Below are positions 1 through 8,623 of a stretch of 64,000 bases of DNA, in pieces. The stretch's first letter is position 1. Every line of letters starts with the position of its first letter. Origin of the DNA: Alkalispirochaeta sp. (GTDB taxonomy: Bacteria > Spirochaetota > Spirochaetia > DSM-27196 > Alkalispirochaetaceae); contig OZ271854.1 of assembly GCA_965601925.1 (NCBI GenBank), positions 4,320,001 through 4,384,000 of the forward strand, read 5' to 3'. Made by a program: the position numbers and the translations under genes. The notes under the pieces were generated by a model. It had not been told where the DNA came from and did no database searches. It worked only from the letters and a program-made list of their open reading frames with translations.

Positions 1-3000
1 GTCGTCACCGCCGTACGATCCGGCGTAGTGGATCTCGTAATAGAGCGCCAAGCCCATGTCGTACAACGCGTTGCCGCCCAGTTGATTCATGGCGACCATC
101 CACGAAGCCATATCGGTCGACAGATTCTCATCCCACTCTCCGGTGAAGTAGGTGTCGGCATCGAAACGGTCTGAATCGGAACTGATGCGCGCGGTGGAGA
201 CGGAGTCGTAGTCCGGTGAGAAGGAGTACGCGCCGGTGACGAGTTGCGAGGCGGTACGTGCAATCGATGCACGGCTGGCCTGAAGCGCGCCTTCGGCCTC
301 GGCGGTTTGCCGACCCAACGTCTCGCTCGCCACCGCTCCCTCTTGGTAGGCGTTCATGGTCTCCGCTTCGGTGCTCACCAGATCGACGTACTCGTCGTCG
401 CGAGTGGCGTCGGTCACCTCATCGGCGTTCGCCACCACCAGCGCCAGCGCGGTGCGGGTGCGTTCCAGCTCGGCTGTGCGTTCGGCCACCACCGCTGCAG
501 GGTCGATTTCGGCGGTCATGTACCCGGTACGCGCGTAGTCCATGATCTCCTCGGCTTCCTGCATCGCGCGACGCGTATCGGTGTAGGCCAGCTGCGCGGC
601 GTCGACGTCCGCCGCTCTCTCCTCGTAGGTAGTCACGGCGGCTTCGAACGCTGCGATCGCACCATCGTACTCTCGGCGCGCACCATTCACCGCCTGTCGT
701 TGGCGTTCCACGTCGTCGCGCAACGGCTCGACCACGTCGATCACGTATTGCTCGATATTGCTCTGGAATGCGTTCTTCACCTCGTAGGTGTCAGCCAAAT
801 CGACCAACGCCCCCAAATACGTCGCTTCGGCACCGAGAAACATACGGCGTTCCTCCGCCCGCCGCTCGTATGCCGACTCCTCGGCGACCACCGTGGTGAC
901 ATCATCGGCGTCTTCGGCATCGAGCGTCGCGACTGCGTCGTCGATGACATCGATTACCGACGAGCTGTCTATGCCGCCGATGACTTCCGATGCGGTCGTT
1001 AAGTGGTGATAGGTACTCTGCGCCGAGTCGTCCAACAATCCCCGAAGCCATACCGCGCCGGCGTTCCGCACCGCCAGCACGTCGTACTCCGCGCGAAGCG
1101 TCGCGACGCTCGCCGGGTCGTGACTCCCGCCGACAGCGGCGGCGGCCGCCTCGCGTTCCATCTCGGTCGCCTCGGGACTCTCAAGCGTATACAGCGCCCC
1201 CTCCAACGCCTCGAGACGCACGCCGTTCTCGGCCGCGCCGACGAATGCAACGTTCGCACTCCCACCGGCCTCGGCGATACGCGCCTGAGTGTAGACGCCT
1301 AATAGGTCAACTACCGCCGTCGGTACGTGGTCCAGTGCGATCAGTTCCTCGTACATCGCGCGTAGCTCGCCGATCGTGGGTTCGGGTGTATCGGGTGTGT
1401 CGATGTTCACCAGAGGCGCGACGATCAGCTCAACCTGGAGCTGGTAGGCCACGGTATACGAACGCAGCGTGCTGATAGATACATCTTCAAAGGCGTTCCA
1501 CGCCTCCTGAGCCTCCTGCATATACGTTAGACGAACACGCTCTGGTCTTATGAGATCGTCAATCAAGACCGAGTAGTCCGTTGCAAAGTCGACGTCGCGC
1601 TCTCCGGTTCGAAACACCAGAATCGCGGTCCGCGCCTCTTCGGAATCACCGACGATTGTCGCCTCATCGATCGCCACCGCACCGGGGTCGAACACGATGT
1701 ACGCCACGCCGGGGGGCGGCTCGCCGAGCCCCGTCCCGTCTCCGACGATATAGACCGTGCCGATCGTCGGGTCCGCCGGGATCCCGCCGGCGTCCGCGAC
1801 CTCCACCACCACCGGATCGTCCGGCGCCGGCGGAAGCCCCGCATCGATCGCCGCCGCGCGTGCCTCGTCGTACGCCGTAGCGATCGCATCCTGCCTCGCC
1901 GTCGCGATAGCTTCGCTCTCAGCGGTCACCAGTGCCTCATAGTGCTCCTGAATCGCCAGCCGTGCGGCGTCCTCCGCGCTGTGCAACGCCGTCTGCGCGT
2001 CGGCAATATCCTCGCCGTGGAACGTTTCTAAGGCGTCGATCTCTTCCTGGTACAACCACGTTTGCTCTTCGGTGTATACGCGCCCTTCCAGCACATCGAT
2101 CGCGTACTCCGTGCGCGCCACATCCAGTCGCGCCCGATCGGCGAGATCGGCCAGCATGCGCTCGGCCGACAACTCGCGCAGACGACGCTCCGCGCTGCCT
2201 TCGCCTACCGCCAAGGCAGAATCGATCGCCGCCACAAGGTCGAGATACGCCGGCGCACCGGCATCCAGCCCCGCGTCGGTGACGGACTGGGTGAATCCAT
2301 CCGCCGTTACCGTCGTCCAATCGATCGACAAGCTCTCCAACGCTTCCACCGCGGTCGTCAACTCGGTCAAATCGGTGTATTCGTCGGTCTCCGCCTCTTC
2401 GTGCCCCGCCAGGTCGGCGGCGATCTCCATCGCCGTCTGCCACCGATCGGCGGCCAACGCGTCTGCGTCCGCTTGGGCGTACGTCTCGGCCCCGGCATCG
2501 CGCCCTTCACCGGCATGCCCTACTGCAGCGTCTTCCAGCGCCTCGATCAGGTTGTCGTAGACCCCGGCGTCCTGGAGCCGCCGCGCCTCCTCGGCCGCCG
2601 CCAACTCGGCGGTCAACCGGTCCAACTCCGCCTCCGCGATGTTCAACGCATTTTGCTTCTCCGCCAAGGCGGTTTGGACGCTCGGCAGCACCGTGTTGGT
2701 TATCGCCTCAAGTTCCCCGATCGCCGCCAAAAACGCCGCTTCGGCATCCTCGAACGCCGCCACCTCCGCGGCGTAGCGCGCCTCGGTCTCGGCCAATGTG
2801 GCGCGGTCCGAGGAGGTATCCGCCGCGTATGCGGCCACCGCCTCGGCGATCGCGAGCTGGCTCTCTAATGACTCGACCATACCGTTCAGACGAGCGATCT
2901 CCACCTCGCCGGAGCTCAACGCCGCCCCGTAGGTGTCCAGCGCGCCGAACATCCCGTGTAGATCGGCCTGCGCCTCGTCGCGCATCAGCTCGAAATCCGC

Positions 3001-4689
3001 GAGCACTCCGCCTGCTCCATCGGGTCCACGCCAGTACGCCAACTCCCGATTCACCGACGCCAGATTCTCGTCGATCATCCCGAGCTGCACGTCGATCAGA
3101 TTGATATCCATCACGATGCCGGCGATCGGCGCTTGGCGATCGTGCCGGGTCACTCCCAATCGCCCCTGCAGCCATGCGACCCACGCTCCCTGATGTGCGG
3201 CGCCCTGCACATAGTTTTTCAGCCGCCTATTCCGCTCGAAGGCGGTTTCGTTGCGAGTACGCTCGTCGGTGTCGCCGTTACTCTGTTTGTAGGTGTATTC
3301 GATTACGCGCGCCGGAAGCACCGACGGGTTGTATCCTTGGAGAAAGTCCTCTACGAGACCGTCGTTCTCCTCGTGCCCTCCGTCGGCAAAGGCGTGGTAC
3401 CGCGCGTTCGCAATCGCGCGCTCTCTATTTGTGCGTTGATCACGGTAGGTCGTCCGGTCCCCTTCCAGGACCTCCTTCATTCCTTCCAGCGCGGCGATGT
3501 TCTCTTCCGCCATCGCCACCACGTCGGCCGCTTGGCGATACACCGCCAGATAGGCGTCCGACTCGGCGCGTACTTTGGCCAGCTCCTCTTCCGACGCACG
3601 CGCAAGTTCAATCATCGTCTCACTGAACGCGGCGTCAAACGATGCCGTCGTCCGTGCCCACGCGTCCTCACCCTCGCGCCAGACCGACTCCATCTCCGCG
3701 ATCCAGCCCGAACGTGCCACGGTGAACTCGTCCAACGCCTCGTCCCACGCCGCCTCCGCCTCGCGATACTGCTCCTGCGCCTCCGACTCCCACGCCATCC
3801 GTTCGGCGATAAATCGCTCCTCGGCACCGTTCCACGCACTCAATCCCCGCGCAAACTCCGCCTCAAAGCTCTCCTGCCACGCCTCCGCCTCTATCCGCGC
3901 CTCGCCCACATCCGCGTCACCCTCCGGTACCAACGCCGCCAGATGCGCGCTCACCTCGTCCAACCTCACCTGCGTGTCGCGAATCAACCGCCCCGCCGTC
4001 GACCGCGCCGTCTCCTCCTCCGCCTGCCGCCGCATGCTGTAGCTGTCCTGCAACCGCCCCTGCGCCAGCCGCCGGCTCGATCGTATCACCTGCGACCGAA
4101 ACTCCCGCTCGATATGCGCCTTGTACTCGCCCACCGATACCGCCAGCTCGCTCGCCACCCTCTCCCGCACCGCGCCCTCAAACGTTCCCAACACCTCCGT
4201 CGCCGTCGCCTCCGCGCTCGCTTCCCACGCCGTGTACAACGCCGCAAACGCATCCTCGACCTCCGCCTCCCACGCCGCCGCGGCCGCCTCGTATCCCTCC
4301 GCACCCTGCAGGATCACATCCCCCGCCTCGTCGAAGGTGTACTCACCCCCGCCGTCGGTCTCGTACAGATATCGCCGATTCGCCGCATCGATCGCGCGCC
4401 GCAGCCCCGCCGCGTCGAACCGCGCCACCGACCGCTCCCATTCCGCCTCGACCACCCGGCCCAGACTCGCCGCCCACCGGTCGCCCAAGGCCGCCGTCTC
4501 CCACTCGTCCAGTCCCCCCAGGCCGATCCCCGTCACCGCCTGCCACTCCGCGATGCTCCCGCTGCGACTCGCCCGCTCGTACACCCCTTCGCCGACGACG
4601 TGATCGCCCGTCTCAACGTCGTCCGGCATCTGTCCGACGACCGTTCCCGTGCATGCCGCGATCAGTACTGCGATTCCTATTCGTCTCAT
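1..4689 (-). CDS. Giant secreted acidic Ala/Glu-rich coiled-coil protein, 3'-partial (>=1563 aa, runs off the left edge)
   Basis: ATG at 4689 follows GAGAGGA (SD-like). N-terminus MRRIGIAVLIAACTGTVVGQ looks like a signal peptide or lipobox. Hand translation stays open to base 1 (...DMGLALYYEIHYAGSYGGDD). The ORF track lists no minus-strand ORF terminating in this frame, consistent with no stop codon. Confidence 0.9.
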   Translation of the reverse strand, partial: MRRIGIAVLIAACTGTVVGQMPDDVETGDHVVGEGVYERASRSGSIAEWQAVTGIGLGGLDEWETAALGDRWAASLGRVVEAEWERSVARFDAAGLRRAIDAANRRYLYETDGGGEYTFDEAGDVILQGAEGYEAAAAAWEAEVEDAFAALYTAWEASAEATATEVLGTFEGAVRERVASELAVSVGEYKAHIEREFRSQVIRSSRRLAQGRLQDSYSMRRQAEEETARSTAGRLIRDTQVRLDEVSAHLAALVPEGDADVGEARIEAEAWQESFEAEFARGLSAWNGAEERFIAERMAWESEAQEQYREAEAAWDEALDEFTVARSGWIAEMESVWREGEDAWARTTASFDAAFSETMIELARASEEELAKVRAESDAYLAVYRQAADVVAMAEENIAALEGMKEVLEGDRTTYRDQRTNRERAIANARYHAFADGGHEENDGLVEDFLQGYNPSVLPARVIEYTYKQSNGDTDERTRNETAFERNRRLKNYVQGAAHQGAWVAWLQGRLGVTRHDRQAPIAGIVMDINLIDVQLGMIDENLASVNRELAYWRGPDGAGGVLADFELMRDEAQADLHGMFGALDTYGAALSSGEVEIARLNGMVESLESQLAIAEAVAAYAADTSSDRATLAETEARYAAEVAAFEDAEAAFLAAIGELEAITNTVLPSVQTALAEKQNALNIAEAELDRLTAELAAAEEARRLQDAGVYDNLIEALEDAAVGHAGEGRDAGAETYAQADADALAADRWQTAMEIAADLAGHEEAETDEYTDLTELTTAVEALESLSIDWTTVTADGFTQSVTDAGLDAGAPAYLDLVAAIDSALAVGEGSAERRLRELSAERMLADLADRARLDVARTEYAIDVLEGRVYTEEQTWLYQEEIDALETFHGEDIADAQTALHSAEDAARLAIQEHYEALVTAESEAIATARQDAIATAYDEARAAAIDAGLPPAPDDPVVVEVADAGGIPADPTIGTVYIVGDGTGLGEPPPGVAYIVFDPGAVAIDEATIVGDSEEARTAILVFRTGERDVDFATDYSVLIDDLIRPERVRLTYMQEAQEAWNAFEDVSISTLRSYTVAYQLQVELIVAPLVNIDTPDTPEPTIGELRAMYEELIALDHVPTAVVDLLGVYTQARIAEAGGSANVAFVGAAENGVRLEALEGALYTLESPEATEMEREAAAAAVGGSHDPASVATLRAEYDVLAVRNAGAVWLRGLLDDSAQSTYHHLTTASEVIGGIDSSSVIDVIDDAVATLDAEDADDVTTVVAEESAYERRAEERRMFLGAEATYLGALVDLADTYEVKNAFQSNIEQYVIDVVEPLRDDVERQRQAVNGARREYDGAIAAFEAAVTTYEERAADVDAAQLAYTDTRRAMQEAEEIMDYARTGYMTAEIDPAAVVAERTAELERTRTALALVVANADEVTDATRDDEYVDLVSTEAETMNAYQEGAVASETLGRQTAEAEGALQASRASIARTASQLVTGAYSFSPDYDSVSTARISSDSDRFDADTYFTGEWDENLSTDMASWMVAMNQLGGNALYDMGLALYYEIHYAGSYGGDD

Positions 4690-5374
4690 CTTCGTCCTCT
4701 CTCTATCGCTCGTCGTCGTCTCGGCCGACCGGCCTTCCCGCGTGCGTCCGTCGCACTACGATCGAACGCACCCTCCGCCCACGCCGCACCGGCGTCGCGC
4801 GGAGCATGCGCCCGTCGAAATCCTGGGATCACTCGAGATGGTCCTATCGCCTCCACGCGCACCACACGCTCACCGAGCCCGTGCCGCACCGTATACGGAG
4901 ATTTCACTGTGTTTGACTTGCTTTCACTATATCACATCGCGCGTCTGAATAAAAGGAATACCAACACAATAACTGCTGATCACTCGTTATGTATCCAATA
5001 ATGTAATTCATGGCGCCAAACAATCATTCTCTATTGGATGCGGCGAACCTACTCTTTCGCTTCTCGATAATGCAGGTTGATGAGGGGGTGCCCGGTCGTC
5101 GGTGAGCGCTGCCGTTCGATCGCGGGGGAGTGTCGCAGAGGATGCCTTGTCCTATCACGGATGGGTGGCGATCGGGGCGTCAATGAATCGTGCCCGTTCC
5201 GTTCGCGATGCAACCGCCGCCGTCGGAGAGATGAAAAGAGAGCGTGAGTCGGACCGCTCCCGACGAAAATATTCTTGACGCGTAGGTGAATAAATATCGA
5301 AACCATCGCCTCGCGGGTTGATTTTCGCACGCCTTTTGCGCACTTTAAGAGCAAGAACATACAAGGAGGAAGGT

Positions 5375-6382
5375 ATGCGCAAGATTTTGCTGGCAGGAGT
5401 CATATTCTGTCTCGTTACCGGTTTCGTCATGGCCGGGGGCCAAGGGGAGGCCGACGACGGACCGCGTTTCGTGACGATTGGAACCGGCGGTGTAACCGGC
5501 GTCTACTACCCGACCGGCGGCGCGATTAGCCGCATGGTAAACGCCAGAAGCGACGAGTACGGTATTCGCGCGTCGGTAGAGTCCACCGGAGGAAGCGTAT
5601 TCAATATCAATGCGGTGCTCGCCGGAGATCTCGAGTTCGGCATCGCACAATCCGACAGGCAGTACCAGGCACTCAACGGCATGGCCGAATGGGACGGCAA
5701 TCCCCAGGACAGACTGCGATCGGTCTTCACCATTCATCCTGAGGCGATCACGTTGATTGCATCGGTCGACAGCGGTATCGAGACGGTCGCGGACCTCGAA
5801 GGTATGCGTGTGAACATCGGCAACCCCGGTTCGGGACAGCTGCAGAACTCCCTCGATGTGCTCGGCGCCTTCGGGCTCTCCCAGGATGATGTTCAGGCGG
5901 AGCAGGTCGGCGCGGTTGAGGCTCCGAGTCTCCTGCAGGACGGCCGAATCGACGCGTTTTTCTACACCGTCGGTCACCCGAACGGAAACATCACCGAAGC
6001 GACCAGCGGCCGTATCGGCGTACGAATCGTAGACATCACCGGCGGCGACATCGACGCTCTTTTGGCGCGTCTGCCGTACTACGCCGTCGCCCAGATTCCG
6101 GCGCGGTTCTATCCCCAGGCGGCCAACACGGGGGATGCAACGACCGTCGGTGTTAAGGCGACCTTCGTTACCTCCGCCGACGTTCCCGACGATGTGGTGT
6201 ATGCGATCACCAAGGAGGTCTTCGACAACCTGGAAGACTTCAAGTCGCTGCATCCGGCCTACGCGGTACTCACTGCGGAGAATATGCTGGAAGGTATGTC
6301 GGCACCGCTTCATCCCGGAGCCGTCCGGTACTACGAAGAGGCGGGCATGATCGATATGATAAATCCCGACCTTCTCAACTAG
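5375..6382 (+). CDS. TAXI-family TRAP transporter solute-binding protein
   Basis: TIGTGGVTGVYYPTG, ESTGGSVFN, IGNPGSG and PLHPGA motifs; AAGGAGG SD before ATG 5375; signal peptide. Confidence 0.93.
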   Translation: MRKILLAGVIFCLVTGFVMAGGQGEADDGPRFVTIGTGGVTGVYYPTGGAISRMVNARSDEYGIRASVESTGGSVFNINAVLAGDLEFGIAQSDRQYQALNGMAEWDGNPQDRLRSVFTIHPEAITLIASVDSGIETVADLEGMRVNIGNPGSGQLQNSLDVLGAFGLSQDDVQAEQVGAVEAPSLLQDGRIDAFFYTVGHPNGNITEATSGRIGVRIVDITGGDIDALLARLPYYAVAQIPARFYPQAANTGDATTVGVKATFVTSADVPDDVVYAITKEVFDNLEDFKSLHPAYAVLTAENMLEGMSAPLHPGAVRYYEEAGMIDMINPDLLN

Positions 6383-6412
6383 AAATTCGGACACCGTTCG
6401 CTTTTCCAAGAG

Positions 6413-6448
6413 CGGGCGCGCGACGCCACGTCCGGTGTCACGCGCCCG
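6413..6448 (+). terminator. GC-rich stem-loop after the TAXI binding-protein gene (stabiliser or weak terminator)
   Basis: CGGGCGCG-c-GACGCC ... GGTGTC-a-CGCGCCCG followed by TTTG. Confidence 0.55.
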
Positions 6449-6577
6449 TTTGTCACATTAAACGGGGGGAGGCACCTCGCGACGCTCCTCCGGAGTCATC
6501 GAACATGCACCGTAACGCTTTACCAAGAGAAAGACTCAGCGTGACCTCGAGGGTTTTGAGAGGTGCCGGAGGGATTC

Positions 6578-8623
6578 ATGGCGGAGAATAGGGATCTCGA
6601 ACGTATTTTGCAGCAAGAGACGGGAATCACTCGCGTATATCGCCGCTTCGATCGCATACTCATTACCGCGGTCAGCCTCGCGTGGGCGCTCTTTCAGCTC
6701 GCCCTACCGCGATTATTGATTCTCGACAGCATCACGGTGCGTTCGATGCACCTGGCGTTTGCTATGATGCTCGTATTTCTCGGCGTCCCGATAACACGAA
6801 AGCGCGCCCGGGACATTCCGGGATTACACTCCCTCAAACACACGCCGCTCATCGACTTTTTCGTAGCTGCGATTGCGGTCGTCGCGGCGTTGTACATCGT
6901 ACTCGACTGGGACGGCATTACCACCCGTATGGGTATTCCGACGACGCGCGACCTGGTCATGAGCGTGGCGCTCATTCTCCTACTCTTCGAGGCATCCCGG
7001 CGCGGTATCGGTATGCCCATGGTCATCATCGCCATCGTGTTCACCCTCTACGCCTTTTTCGGTCGCCGCATGCCGGGTATCCTCGCATGGCGCGGCGTGA
7101 GTCTCACTCGCTACACGAGTCAGATCGTCCTCTCCACGGAGGGTATTTTCGGCATCCCCCTCGACGTATCGGCACGCACGGTGTACCTCTTCGTCCTCTT
7201 CGGTGCCCTTCTGGAACAGTTCGGCGCGGGACACTTTTTCAACGACCTCTCCATCTCGCTCTTGGGGAAATACAAGGGCGGACCGGCAAAGGCGGCGGTC
7301 GTCTCAAGCGGCTTCACCGGTCTCGTATCGGGTTCGAGCATCGCTAACGTCGTGACAACCGGTACCTTTACCATTCCGCTCATGCGTAAGGTCGGCTATC
7401 CGGCTAAAACGGCCGCGGCCACCGAGGTGGCGGCGAGCACCAACGGACAACTCATGCCGCCGATTATGGGTGCCGCAGCGTTCATCATCGCCGAATACCT
7501 CGCGATGTCATACTTCGAGGTGATACGTGCGGCGTTCATACCGGCATTCGTGAGCTACATTGCGCTGTTTTACATCACCCATCTCGAGGCGTCCAAACTG
7601 GGTTTGCGCGGTCTTGCCGAGGAGGATGTTCCGCGCTTTTTTTCGGTGCTGAAACGGGGATATCACCATCTCATTCCCCTTTTTGTCTTGATCTACGAGC
7701 TCGCGGTACTGCGCCGCAGTCCCAACCTTGCGGTCTTTAACGCGATCGCGATTCTAGTGGCGATATATATCGTGCGCGAGGTGTTTTCCGCCGTGCGAGC
7801 CAAGACGGGCGCATGGTCGACGGCACGCACAATTGTAGCGTCTATCGGAAACGGCCTGGTAACGGGCAGTAAGAACATGCTTCCTGTAGCACTCGCCACC
7901 GCCACGGCGGGTATCATCGTCGGCATCGTCAATATGGGCATCGGCAGCCGCATCGTGCAAATGGTCGAGGTGCTGTCGATGGGGAACATCTTCCTGTTGT
8001 TATTCATCACCGCGGTAGTGAGCCTCATCATCGGCATGGGTCTGCCGACCACGGCGACCTATATCGTTATGGCGTCCATCACGGTCCCGGTCATCACGAC
8101 CCTCGGCGCCGATATCGGGCTCATTATCCCGGCAATCGCGGCGCATCTGTTCTGCTTCTATTTCGGGATTCTCGCCGACGACACGCCGCCGGTAGGTCTC
8201 GCGGCGTACGCCGCCGCGGCGATCGCAAAGTCTGACCCCATTCCCACCGGTATCAAAGGGTTTATCTACGACTTACGCACGGCGGTTATTCCCTTTATGT
8301 TCGTATTCAACCCGATGCTCCTGCTTATCGGATCGGAGGGATGGCTCCAGGGCATCATGGTCTTCATCTCCGCCGCCGGGGGAATGCTCGCCTTCACCAA
8401 TGCGGTGCAGGGATGGGCCCTCACGTCCAATAAGTGGTTCGAAGTGCCGGTGTTTCTCCTCGCCGCGGGATTGTTCTTTCTACCCAACGTCTTTGTCTCC
8501 GTAACGGGCATCGACCCATCGCGCTATTATCTGGCCTATCCCCTCGCGATCGTCGCCTACGCCCTCGCCTTCGGAAGCCAAAAGCTGCGGCTGCGTCTAC
8601 AGGCCCGTGAGGTACCGGCGTAG
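6578..8623 (+). CDS. TRAP transporter 4TM/12TM fused permease
   Basis: Very hydrophobic; GGPAKAAVVSS, SGSSIANVVTTGTFTIP, GQLMPPIMGAAAF and DDTPPVGLAAY motifs. Confidence 0.93.
   Translation: MAENRDLERILQQETGITRVYRRFDRILITAVSLAWALFQLALPRLLILDSITVRSMHLAFAMMLVFLGVPITRKRARDIPGLHSLKHTPLIDFFVAAIAVVAALYIVLDWDGITTRMGIPTTRDLVMSVALILLLFEASRRGIGMPMVIIAIVFTLYAFFGRRMPGILAWRGVSLTRYTSQIVLSTEGIFGIPLDVSARTVYLFVLFGALLEQFGAGHFFNDLSISLLGKYKGGPAKAAVVSSGFTGLVSGSSIANVVTTGTFTIPLMRKVGYPAKTAAATEVAASTNGQLMPPIMGAAAFIIAEYLAMSYFEVIRAAFIPAFVSYIALFYITHLEASKLGLRGLAEEDVPRFFSVLKRGYHHLIPLFVLIYELAVLRRSPNLAVFNAIAILVAIYIVREVFSAVRAKTGAWSTARTIVASIGNGLVTGSKNMLPVALATATAGIIVGIVNMGIGSRIVQMVEVLSMGNIFLLLFITAVVSLIIGMGLPTTATYIVMASITVPVITTLGADIGLIIPAIAAHLFCFYFGILADDTPPVGLAAYAAAAIAKSDPIPTGIKGFIYDLRTAVIPFMFVFNPMLLLIGSEGWLQGIMVFISAAGGMLAFTNAVQGWALTSNKWFEVPVFLLAAGLFFLPNVFVSVTGIDPSRYYLAYPLAIVAYALAFGSQKLRLRLQAREVPA

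Noticed and set aside
4686..4907. 73-aa minus-strand ORF with ATGA overlap onto the giant gene
   Set aside because: Arg-rich, no SD and no motif; any ATG-AGA start produces this overlap by chance
244..5001. Long plus-strand ORFs 244..1002, 2062..2868 and 3133..5001
   Set aside because: Arg/His/Leu-rich antisense shadows, in register with the real minus-strand giant gene
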